Translations under genes and position numbers: made by a program
Shown here: piece after piece, positions 38,000-49,085 of the stretch
Numbering within the stretch: the stretch's first letter is position 1
How the letters are laid out: every line of letters starts with the position of its first letter
Origin: Callorhinchus milii
Lineage: Eukaryota
DNA length: 64,000 nt
Reading direction: 5' to 3'
NCBI RefSeq assembly: GCF_018977255.1
Contig: NW_024704743.1
Span: forward strand, 65,598,001 to 65,662,000
The notes under the pieces: model-generated
What the model saw: the letters and a program-made list of their open reading frames with translations, nothing else
What the model was told of the DNA's origin: nothing
Databases searched by the model: none

Positions 38000-38600
38000 G
38001 GAGTCCTGTAGCTCAGTAGTTAGAGCACTTGTAAGAAAAAGACCTGGGTTTGTTTCCCGGCAGGGCAAAATGTTGGGCAAGTTTCCTTACTCCACACTCC
38101 TCTGTTTACCTAGCAGTAAGTAGGAACCCGGTTGTTAGTTGATTGGTAGATTGCTTTTCCGGGGGTAATAGTTCCTTCAAAAAATAATAATAATACTAAA
38201 TTGGTCACTTCAATCCACAACTGTTTGTGGGACACTCCTGTGCGCAATTGACTGATGCGTTTTTCCCACAAAATGTTCAGTCAGTTCACTTTACAATATA
38301 TTCTGTGAAACACTTTGAGACCTCTTCAAATCCCTTCACTCTCTGGCACCTCCCTACCTCTCTGACCTCCTCACACCCCAATCTACCACCCGGCACCTCC
38401 GCTCGACTGGCACCTGCCTCCTGCTCGTCCCTCGCACCCTCTGCCCCACCATCGGAGGTTGTGCTTTCAGCCACTACGCTCTGGAACACTCTCCCTCAAT
38501 CCCTCCACCTTGCCTCCTCTCTCTGCTTTTTTAAGTCCCGCCTAGAAACCTTCCTCTTCGACCGTGCTTACAGCCACCTCCACCGCCCTCGCCCCCACAC
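38000..38600 (+). mobile_element. Long-subfamily SINE (38000-38325) joined directly to an L2 3' fragment (38326-38600)
   Basis: ggagtcctgtagctcagt head; SINE tail absent; then L2 ...[33 protein letters not shown]. Confidence 0.8.
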
Positions 38601-38699
38601 CCGCATGTAGTGCTGTAGATGTGCTCACTGTTGAAAATGTCGTCCCTCAGATGAGATTGTTAAACCAATGCCCTGTCTGCCTGTTCAAATAACTATCCT

Positions 38700-39280
38700 C
38701 CTTGGGGGGAGGTAACCAGGGTCTCCTTTGAGCTGAACAGGCTCCAAGGTGACATGCCTGGCAACAGCTCTCTGTGGTGATCTTGGTAGTTTGGTTTCTG
38801 AGCCGGGCAGGTCCGCAGTATTCCAGGGCACTGCTGATTATAGCACAGCAGGCTGGCTGGCTCTTTGGTAGGACCTGGAAGGCAGGCCAGTCACTGGGGC
38901 CAGGGAGTCATCCCACTCACCTCCTGTTAACCCTGCAAGCCAAAGCCTTAATGGGTAGGGTGGTCCTAACTGGACAAGCAGCAGGAAAACTTGCCAGACA
39001 GCAATATCAATGCCAAGCTATGCAGTTTTAACTGGTTAGACTCCAGCAGTACCACAACACACCCTCTGGGCTCTTGCTAACCTGCGGCTATCACTTTCTG
39101 GAATTAGATAAGCAGGATGTGTCCCTCCAGAGAGAGAGTGCGCATTCCATTCCAACAATCTATCTCTGGGATTTCCTTGTGTATTTGGGATGCATGAAAT
39201 CTCAGCTTGGTTTGGATACTCTTAAGCACAGTGATGGGTTTCCACATGGGTCAGACACCTGGCTGACCAAGAAAAATGAA
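38700..39280 (+). mobile_element. Longest copy of unnamed A-tailed retroposon family
   Basis: Overlaps the four other fragments in the window colinearly; ends gtcagacacctggctgaccaagaaaaatgaaa; 5' boundary uncertain. Confidence 0.65.
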
Positions 39281-40634
39281 AGATCCCATGTCAATATTTG
39301 AAAAAAGAAGAGAGTATCGCCAAGGATACAGACGTTGTTCACAAAATGTTGATTGTAAGAAGACCATTCAGCCCTCAGGAGGAATAAGATGATTTGCCCC
39401 CTTCAGTGTTCAGGGTATGCAACAGGTTTACAACATTTGTTACCCAGAGATGGAATGAGTGAGATGAGGTATATAATGAGCTAAGTTTTTTTTTAAAACA
39501 GGGAAATAATCAAAAAGCTAGATTTTGGACGATTGAAATATCACCCACTTTCCGTTGGATCGCACTCACTGCTTCATTATTTTATGAGTTAAAATGCTGC
39601 TCATTTATAAAGCTGAACAAACTACCGTCTCTTGAATAAAATTGTAGCAACTTACTATTTTTTGTTGTAAGATGGATTTCTTACCACTGAAACCCAAGCT
39701 GTTGTTCCGAAACCAAGAGGGAGGATGAGACAGGATTGGGAGCAGGTCAATAACTAACTAATTTGTACTGTCCAAATTACACAATGAAAGTTATGCAAAG
39801 CAATTAGCTGGCAATGACAGATGTTCTGAAATGAAGCGTACTGGAACAAAGCTCCCATTCTTTGAAGCTGCTTTCTACAGCGGTGCCTTTGAAGAGCACT
39901 TTGTTACCTTTCATCCTTTGTGTTAATGATCTGATTCTGGGCGACTGCTCATTCCTCACTCCTCCGCCCTACCATTGGAAGCTGCGTCTTCAGACACTAT
40001 GCTCTTGCCCTCTGGAACTCTTCACCAAAATCTTTTCACTTTGCTTCTCTCTCTTGGTTTCAAAAAACATATTGAGAATATGTCTCCTCAACAGTGACTT
40101 TGGTCACCCCACCTTAATTCTTTCTTATTTCTCGTAATACTGTGCTCTATTGTGTATAAGGGAAGGGTTCTCGTTAACTGTCTTATTGGTGTAAGGAGTT
40201 AATCCACACTCCAAGTAAAAGTTAAGCATTTATTTTACCTCAGCCCAACAAGCATGAGGGACTCCCATCTTGCTTCCTTTCAGACTATTGAGGACGTGTA
40301 AATCCTTAAATAGTCTGCAGGCTCAATACTTCAAGGGGGTAGTGATCCCACCAATATCCACAAAAATGCAGGGTCATTGCAGCTCCCTATCATATACATG
40401 TTAAATATAGATTGGGGTGTTCACCCTCTATGAAAGATGCAATATAAGTGAAATGTTTTGTGGTATTATCTCTGAATACTGCTCTCACTGATCTCATAGT
40501 ACATAAAATTTGTTTTTCTTTGAGGAACAGCAGGTCATGTTCCACAGTTGTAACTGTGTCTGTTTTTTNCCAATAATTTGTGCCCAGAAGAAATGGCAGA
40601 AGAATGTTGAATTACTGGGGAGGTTCAATTAGTG

Positions 40635-41030
40635 CATCAGCCTAGCTCAGCATTCTTACCCCGGAGTCGGAAAATTGTTGGTTCAAGCCCCACTTCGGGA
40701 CCTGGACCTCATATAATCTAAGATGATGCTCCTATACAGCGTTGTGGTGTGCTTACTGTTGGAGGTGCCGTCCTTCACATGGGACATTAAAACAAGGCCC
40801 AATCTGCCTGTTCAGGTGGACGTTAAATATCCCACGGCACTCTTCAAAAAGAGAAGGGAATTTCTCCCAGTGTCCTCGCCAACAATGGCAAGCCCAAAGA
40901 AAATTGGTTTTTCGCTTCAGTGCTGTTCGTGGGACATTACTGTATGCAAGTTGGCTACTGCGTTCACCCACAAAAAAAATATACAGCCACTGCCCTTTAC
41001 AGTTTTACTGTGAAGCACTTTGGGATGTCT
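40635..41030 (+). mobile_element. Old Deu-domain-type SINE
   Basis: tcagcctagctcagc head, ggttcaagccccact, ggaggtgccgtccttcacatgggacattaaaac...caggtggacgttaaatatcccacggcact core. Confidence 0.8.
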
Positions 41031-41427
41031 TCTCGCAGTTTGGGGATAAACAAATTGCATTGTTTTTTTTAACTTAAATGACAGAGGAACGACGATCCTA
41101 CCTGTAACAAGTTCAGATCTAGAAAAAAAATATTTTACACAGTACTTGGAATCTGTTTATAAATGGTTTTTGACTTCCCTATTTTGGATTGAGAGCTGTA
41201 CGAGGTATTGAGTACTTATTCTGATGAATCGTTTATTTAATTGTTCCCTGACGCACATCTTAAATATTTGAAAATATTTAGAGTTCAGTGATCTGTGGTA
41301 TGCATGAGCTTCACAAGGTGAAATGCAACAAAGACTTAATAGGAATTCCAGCGAGATTTTTGTTCTGGCCATTTCTGATTAGTTTGGATAGAATGGATCT
41401 GAGATTAATGCTTTGCTTTGCACACAG

Positions 41428-41603
41428 GTCTGCAATCTGCAAATGGTCACATGACATTAGGAAGGACAAGACAACAAAGTATTGGACAATATGAGCAAAA
41501 TGATAACCGCCTGATGTACAACCAGTCTGGATGGCTCAAATCCTCTGACTTCCGTCATCTCACCAGTACTGCACCATTTAGCCCACCTGGGCAGCCCAGG
41601 GAG
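41428..41603 (+). CDS. TNS3: Tensin-3 coding exon: GLQSANGHMTLGRTRQQSIGQYEQND...FSPPGQPRE
   Basis: cacacag| acceptor, GAG|gtaagt donor; 176 nt, phase 1 to 0; resembles human GRLRKLSLGQYDND...FPSPADVKE. Confidence 0.85.
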
Positions 41604-41656
41604 GTAAGTTAAACATTGGAAGAAACACAGTCCTTTAGATTGTCAGGGCTGGTTAT

Positions 41657-41841
41657 GAGGCCTGAAATTTTGCATGGTCTTAGCCATAAAATGTAAGGTG
41701 CTGTAGGATTTTGAAAAACTCTTAATTCGGTCTCAATTTTGATTTTAGGCAATTATTAAAAAGACCCCATTTAGAAATTTTGCACCGTCTCTAAATTTGG
41801 ACAGTGATTTTAAGTTAGGACCTTAAAAAATTTCAGGCCTC
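41657..41841. mobile_element. MITE-like element with 15-bp terminal inverted repeats
   Basis: GAGGCCTGAAATTTT ... AAAATTTCAGGCCTC; AT-rich non-coding interior. Confidence 0.6.
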
Positions 41842-43268
41842 TGAATTATTCTTCTCCAGGAAACTGATGTTTTAATCTTTTTAAATTATTGTGATATTTT
41901 ATTTCTCATGACTGTTGGCGCAAGCTATGCACTTATTTTCTTTTCCTATTGTGGCTACACCTCAGATTTCTGAGAGTGTCAATTTAGTAGAACTTTTCAT
42001 TGAAACATTATTTTCACTCCAAAATAAATTTCCCTCAGGTGCCCAAGGTCAGTTAGACAACTTCTCCTTGGTCTCCTCCAGGGATGCTGTTTACCAGGCA
42101 GCTGAGAGTTGCATGAGCTGACTTGCCTGTGCTTTTTCTTCTTTTTCGCTCAGGGAAATATCTTTCTGAGGGGCTGGCTTAGTTTGTGAGTTTACTCAGC
42201 CCAGCTCAAAGCATAGAAGCAACAATAAAACTGCAAATGAAAAGAGGCAAACCAGAAATCACTACAATGATGGTGACTGAATTTGTTAAAATGCTGCATC
42301 GTCTACAGTCTGATCCGATGTATTCCTTCCTTACTCCCTCCCATAATGGTGTGGTATTAAGTGTACTGACTTGGAAATCCTTTAAATACTAAACCTGCTC
42401 CTTAGATGTCTCAGTGAACAAATACATTATGTGGTGTGGAACTGAATTATACAGATCAGGAAGGTTCCAAGTTGTTCTTAGTCTGCAATAAGTTAGCTGA
42501 TCGCAACTGGGAACAACATTGTGATGGAAAATGCGGTACGTCCCAATAGAATGTGAAATTGAAATATATCCAATAATTGGACTAGCATCTCACCAATCCT
42601 AGCATTGAACTGACCTATGGAAACTATTCTGTTCTGTTGCGTCAGGCTATGCTAAGATTGGATTCCCACGGGTCATTGAGATAAACATCTGGTTACCGCT
42701 AGGTTTCAATATTTAGGAATCTGTTGCAAATACAGAGATTTGAACCTCACTGAATCTCAATATCCTCAGGCTAGGGAATGTCAATTTGCCCCAGGTTCAC
42801 CTGCCTGGGGGCTATTCAGTGACCCTTCATGGAGCTATCCATACATGGATGTCAAGTACACAATTATATTTTGGTTTTAGAAATAAAAAGGATGTGCTGA
42901 TGAGCGAAGTTGAATACTTTATTAAAAATAAACCTAAATGCTCATTTTAACAGGCCATTTTTTAAAAAATGTGTAAAATTGGACATGAAGTCAAGTAATG
43001 ATCATATAACACACTTTGTTATGAACGAGATTCACCGATGGTACCATTGACCTCACAGGTCACTGTTTTTAAATTTTAGCAATAAACAGAAAGACATATT
43101 TGTTCGTGAATGAACTTATTTCCTGCTCATTCATGTCAGTTCACGTTGGACCAAAACTGATTTACACTTTGAAACGGAACTAGTATTCCAAGATTTCTTG
43201 GTGATATTGATGATGTGCAGTGTAAATCTTGGCTGTACTAATGGAATATCTCCTCTGCTGCACTGTAG

Positions 43269-43398
43269 CTAAGCATGCCGGGATACAACGTTGGACATGA
43301 TGAGGTGGATGGCAGAATGTTGAGTTCTTCCTCTGGGAACGGAGGTGAAGTCGTTCCTCCCACACCGGCATTTCCTGTCTCACCACCAACACCATACG
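43269..43398 (+). CDS. TNS3: Tensin-3 coding exon: LSMPGYNVGHDEVDGRMLSSSSGNGGEVVPPTPAFPVSPPTPY
   Basis: ctgtag| acceptor, ACG|gtaata donor; 130 nt, phase 0 to 1; tensin motif TPAFPVSP.TPY. Confidence 0.9.
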
Positions 43399-43653
43399 GT
43401 AATAAATGCTGAAACTGTTCAAAAGTAAAATCTGGGGAATTATGGCATGCAATTTAATTAATGTCAGTTCAAAATCAACTGCAGCTTATTTAGCTAAATT
43501 GGAATGTTGCTAAGTTTATAACCCAATGGTGTTCTGCAAAGTTAATTTCTCAGAAAATTAGTTAATGAATGAGACACTTTCATCGAGTGTTCTGATATTT
43601 CCTTTATTCTCTAATTTCCTAAATAAAATGACACTGGATGTTTACTTTTACAG

Positions 43654-43743
43654 TGAAAGCATCTCCCAATTTTTCTGAAATATCTGCGTGCAGTCTGGGT
43701 GAGCAGAACCGGACCCATTCAGATCTCTTCAGATTAGGCCAAG
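43654..43743 (+). CDS. TNS3: Tensin-3 coding exon: VKASPNFSEISACSLGEQNRTHSDLFRLGQ
   Basis: ttttacag| acceptor, AAG|gtaagg donor; 90 nt, phase 1-1; begins VK like the human segment that follows PETPY. Confidence 0.8.
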
Positions 43744-45962
43744 GTAAGGAACTGATTGCAGTCTTTTTTGCGAAATAAAAGAATTGTGCGGTTTCCGAAA
43801 GATCTGTTTCTAAAGGTACTGTCACAGGTGCAACTGAGTTGTTGAGATCAGAAAGGTCCTAGTTCAATCCCAGATCTATTTTAAATGCTATGATCTCTGC
43901 TGTTATGGCAATAGTGGTATCATAATTGGTGTCAGTGCCCCTGGGGAGGGGGGGATAAATTTACAAAGCCTTCCCACTCTTCACATTTATCCCACTTGAG
44001 GCACTGGACAGATTACGATTAAACGCTTCACAGAAAAATGTCTATGACCAGAAGATAAGATTAAGGTCCATCTGACTGGTTCTTTTAAAAAAAACTAAAT
44101 AATCCTACACTGTTATCAGCACATGATGGTTTGTGAACTGCTGGTGTCTGAAGTGGCAGAGCAACAAGCCAGTGTTCATTAATACAGATGTGGGAATGAA
44201 TGAATATGGCAACATTTTGTTGGATTATCATAGCGAAGAAGGGGAGAGAGAACTCAGGAGTGTTTATGCAGAATTTTTCTCAAGATTAAATGGATGCAAT
44301 TGAGACTATTGATGTGTAGATTGTACTTGGTCTGTGAAAGGAACAGGTTTAATGACTGAATGTTTTTTTCTCATTTGATACATTCAAAGGTTCTGTAATG
44401 TAACCAATAGGCATATTATAAAAGCCCCCAAAAAATGTTTCAGTCAGCACGTTCAGCCTATACTACGAGATTGAAGTCCTGATTTGGGGTTTGAACCAAC
44501 AACGTTCTGAACAAAAAATTTTGGTGATCAAAAATTGTAAACAGTGGCACCATCTAAATTAGGGAAGGTACCAGCAAGCAGTGGGCTACAGAACAGCTCA
44601 GGAATTGCTCTTGCCCCCAGCACACTTTAGATCTTTGCTCTCAGTGACTAAGATCAGCTTTGAAAGATAGATGATCTCGCTTCTCTGACCTTGCCTTGTT
44701 GTCATGCCACATAATCAACTTCGAAGAATTTTGGCTTTTTATAGCCGAATCTCTAACACACGAGAGGACTTGACCCTTGCTTAAACTTCGATATTTGGTT
44801 CCAAGCACTTTTTGAGCTTTGTTGCAGTAGCCTGTTTACTCCCATCCTAAACTCAACTTGTTGCCAATACAAAGCAAACGCATCCCTCGCACTGCATACC
44901 AAGGCTAATTGCCAAAAAGAGTTGGCTTAAGTTTGTCAAAATCAAAATGTGTAGCAGAATCAGAATAAAGCAAATCCATTTTGTTTGTGTTTTTCACTTT
45001 TTATGATTTGGCTAATTGTAAAAATACAGAGGTCTTAAATATCTCTTATTCCTAGCTTTAAAGAAAATTGCTTTAAAATTTAAGATGGTACAGAATTTTT
45101 TAAAAACTGCCCTGATTTGGCAGCAGTTTTCTGGGTGCTGGGGAATAGTAGCTTCCAAATTAATATTTATTTTTAAAAAATGTTGTGAGCGAGCACAAAA
45201 CAATAGTCTCCAGTCTAACATTGTGAGGAATTTCGATCCCTGGAGCCTCTTAACCGCTGAAGATACTGCAACAATAAAACATGATCCTCAAGTGCCTCTC
45301 TCACACCCTGCAGTTGTTCTATTGCATGTGACTATGGTGTCACTTAACCTGACGCTCTATTAAACATTCTGGTTGTGCATCATTTACAGCCATGTAGCCA
45401 GACGTTGCAAAATGCACAAAATTGTATCCCACTTTAACTTGAAGTATGATTAGGTCAGGCTCAGCAGGTTTGATGAACGCTGCTGTGGAAGTCTTCCCAA
45501 AGGAAAGAAAATCCTTTCCATCCTGACTCCTAAGCCTCCCACTGAGAATTTGAGGAATTCAGATCCCAATCTCAATGTAAAATGAGCAGGTAACAGACTG
45601 AATATTTAATTGATTTGAGTTAGGTCAATGAAAAGAAAAAGATCCAGTTTGTCAAACGCCTTCTGATGAATACTTTTTAAAGCTGTGCACAGTCATGTCC
45701 ATTTCTCAAATGTTTTGGTGATTTTTATTTGATCTGATCGTTGCAGCATTTTGAAAGTGAGACCTTGCATAGAATTACAGTGAATGTTACAGCATGTTTG
45801 ACCCAACTGGTCCGTGCCAATGTTCATACTCCACATGAGCCTCCCTCTCCTACACTCCTCTATTCCGTTCTCCCTCATGTAAGCTTCAAATTTCCTGCTA
45901 TATACTTGATTCTATAGTAATACTTGCACATATCTTATCTTTATAAATCGTATAATCACTTA

Positions 45963-46287
45963 AGTCCTGTAGCTCAGTGGTTAGAGCACTCGCTTTGCAA
46001 GCGAGAGACCTGAGTTCAACTCCAGGCAGAGCGAAACCTTGGGCAAGTTTCCTTACTCCACACAGAGCCTAATAATAAACCCTCCAAAACCAAAAACAAT
46101 AATAAATTGGTCATTTTCAATCTACGACTGTTTGTGGGACATTGCTGTGCGCAATTGGCTGCCGCGTTCGCCCACAAATATACAGTCAATTCACTTTACA
46201 ATGTGTTCTGTGAAGCGCTTTGGGACGTCCTCTCGACGTGAAAAGCGCTATATCAAATGCAAGGATTATTATTATTATTATTATTAT
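45963..46287 (+). mobile_element. Full-length young tRNA(Ala)-derived SINE, short subfamily
   Basis: Near-identical to the 13466, 16478 and 59537 copies. Confidence 0.92.
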
Positions 46288-46329
46288 AAGTCATACATCC
46301 ACCCTAGTCGCATTCAATCAAGATTGAGT

Positions 46330-46447
46330 AAAGTGATCTGCCAGTCGCCTAACGACCAGGTTCCTATTTACTGCTGGGTAAACAGAGGCATGTGGAATAA
46401 GGAAACTTGCCTAGGCTTTTGCCCTGCCTGGGAATCAAACCCGGGTC
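46330..46447 (-). mobile_element. Partial long-subfamily SINE (head and middle)
   Basis: tactgctgggtaaacagaggcatgtggaataaggaaacttgcc...gggaatcaaacccgggtc. Confidence 0.75.
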
Positions 46448-46579
46448 CAATCTGGATAGAAACTTCAGCAGTTGTTTTTTTTAAACAAATTGCAAGGGTG
46501 CATCTAATTGTTTATCAATTTTCTCCCACTTGCATGTGCTCTTCTGGTCCAGCCTCTTCCTGGGTTGCAAGCCCATAGT

Positions 46580-46901
46580 CATTGGGTGCCTTCTGGTACC
46601 CTATCGAAGTGACCGTTGTTTACATGTGAGCCTTGGTGGTGAGTGTTAGCAGCCTACCTAACTGTAGACAGTGTCCACACCCAACCCTGATTCTCCCAAA
46701 GGGGCATAATCAGCAGAGGGTACGGTAGAGAGACCAGTAACAAGAACCATGGCTGGATTTCTCCTCCCTAAATTGGAGCCAGTTTAGCATTCCCATGCAG
46801 CCCCAGCTAAGGTCAGCAAACTCAGCACAGACTGGGTTTCGAACCAAATGAGCTCCTGGTCCATAAACTGCAGCTCTATCCAATATACCACCGGGGTCTC
46901 C
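46580..46901 (-). mobile_element. Ancient tRNA-derived SINE remnant
   Basis: Reverse strand reads ggttcgaaacccagtctgtgctgagtttgctgaccttagctggg (B box then family core). Confidence 0.6.
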
Positions 46902-47569
46902 AGCAGAATTCACGATACTCGGATCCCTGTTTATACTGCATGTTATGATGCACTTTATTGCCAAACTTGCTGTCTTAACACCTATATAGGATTAGCTTTT
47001 TTGTTTCCAGTAAAGTGTGGATGACCTGAAAATGCAGCATATTCGGGTCATCCACAATCCCCTCCTTCCACCTTGTGCTTTTGAACTTTGTGCTGCTTAA
47101 CTTTATTTTCATTACCTTTCAAATATGGTTGGGGAATAAAAAAAGGATGTGAAGCAGACATTTTATTTGTTGTTTTTGAAACAGTTAATGAATACAACGA
47201 AAATGGGTGTATTCTTGAATTGAACAACTTCAAAAGCAGTCATTTCCACTGTGCTCACTTTCCACGCTCATTGCTTATGCGTTGCTTTTGTGGCATTGTT
47301 TTATTTTAAATGAGCTGAAAGCTATGTTACACAAGGCTCTTGGGCTCACACTGCGCTTCGTACCTATGTTAATGCAACAATAGCACCACTTGAATTTCCC
47401 ACCCAATTTGCACACAGCATTGTCCCACAAACAGACATGAGATGAATGACCAATTTTATTTGGAGGATTGTTTACCAGGATGCCATGGGATATTTAACAT
47501 TCACCTGAACAGGCAAATGGAACCTTGGTTTAAGAAACAACAACAAGAACAAGGCCAATCTCAATTCAA

Positions 47570-48040
47570 TAACAACAGCAACAAATTACATTTATAGAGC
47601 GCCTTTCACATCGGGAGGACATCCCAAAGCATTCGACAGTCAGGGGTCAGGGGTCCCCCAAGCATGGGGGAGGGGTGGGGTAGGGGTGAGGGAAGGCAGA
47701 GGTGGGAGGGTGACTGAAGGCACGATTGAAGAGGAGGGTCTTGAGACTGGCCTTGCAAGAGGCAAGGGAGGAAGCAAGGTGAAGGGACTGTGGGATGGAG
47801 TTCCAGAGTGTGGGGCCAGAGAGACCGATGGTAGGGCGGGTCAGGTGGGAGACTTGGAGCAGGCTGGAGCCCGCTGAATGGAGGGAGCAGCGGGCAGGTT
47901 GGTAGGGAATCAGCAGGTCAGAGAGGTAGGAGGGGGCAAGGCCATGGATGGCCTTGAAAGTGAGGACGAGGATCTTGAACTCGATCCTCTGAGGGATGGG
48001 GAGCCAGTGGAGTCGGGCGAGGGTGGAAGCCTGGTGCGTG
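47570..48040 (-). mobile_element. L2 LINE 3' fragment
   Basis: Minus ORF TLARLHWLPIPQRIEFKILVLTFKAIHGLAPSYLSDLL; (AAC)n tail. Confidence 0.9.
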
Positions 48041-48737
48041 AGAGTACACAAGCTGCAGAGCTTCAACGTTGTATTGCTCCTCCAGCACTATGTTTAAGTA
48101 TCAGCCCGGACAGTGAGTTCAAAGTCTCTATGTAGGGTTTATATCCACAATCTTCTGATTGTCAGGTGGCACTGCTAATAACTGAGCCAGGCTGACACCT
48201 GAATGGAATAAACAGCAGTATTGTCAGGGACCTGTTAGATTTATCACTTATGGTAGAATTAATCTGTGGAAAAAAATGTAATGCTCTTCTTAAATAATGT
48301 AAAAGTTTTCAAGAGAAAGAAAGTGTTTAAATTATGTCTCCCCTAACAATGTATGTGCCGGCATGCATGTTGTATGGTTGATGTGCATTTTTCTCACTTT
48401 TTTAAATAGCCCAAGCACTACAGTATGTTAGGTATGTTTCGTTGAAGGTTCTGTCAGTGAGAAGGAGGCAGATACAGAGGCATGTTGATTTTATACCACA
48501 CATTCATATACCAACTGCTCTAAGCTGGTATTTATACTCCACACGCGCCCCCATTCCTCCGTTCCCCTCTGCTACTACTATATTCTCTTGTCCCTCATAT
48601 ACAATATGTATCAAGTTTCCTCTTAAATACTTTGATACTTTTTGCTTCAACCACAGCTTCTGTAGTGAGTTCCACATTCTCACCAGCCTCTGTACAAGGA
48701 AATTCTTTCCAAACTCCCTAGTAAATCTACTGTTAAT

Positions 48738-49085
48738 GGAGTCCTGCCTCGCAAGTGAGACGACCAGGGTTTGATTCCTGGGCAGGGCGAAACGTTGGGT
48801 AAGTTTCCTTACTCCACACGCCTATGTTTGCCTAGAAACCCAGTTGTTAGTTGGTTGGCGGTTTGCGTTTTCAGGGGTAATAATCCCTTAAAAAAAGAAA
48901 AAGAATTATAATTTGGACACTCAATCCACAACTGTTTGTGGGACACTGCTGTGTGCAAATGGCTGCCGCGTTTCACCCACAAAATATGCAGTCAATTCAC
49001 TTTACAATATGTTCTGTGAAATTCTTTCAGACGTCTCAAAGACATAGTAAGATGATACATCAAATACAAGGATTATTATTATCAT
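48738..49085 (+). mobile_element. Long-subfamily SINE with a deletion in the head, adjoining a reverse CR1 remnant (48480-48735)
   Basis: ggagtcctg...ggcagggcgaaacgttgggtaagtttccttactccacac...caaggattattatt. Confidence 0.8.

Noticed and set aside
46039..46578. Recurring ORF family ...WDIAVRNWLPRSPTNIQSIHFTVCSVKRFGTSSRREKRYIKCKDYYYY (also 13566, 16428, 59712)
   Set aside because: Incidental translation of SINE copies; the poly-Tyr is the (ATT)n tail
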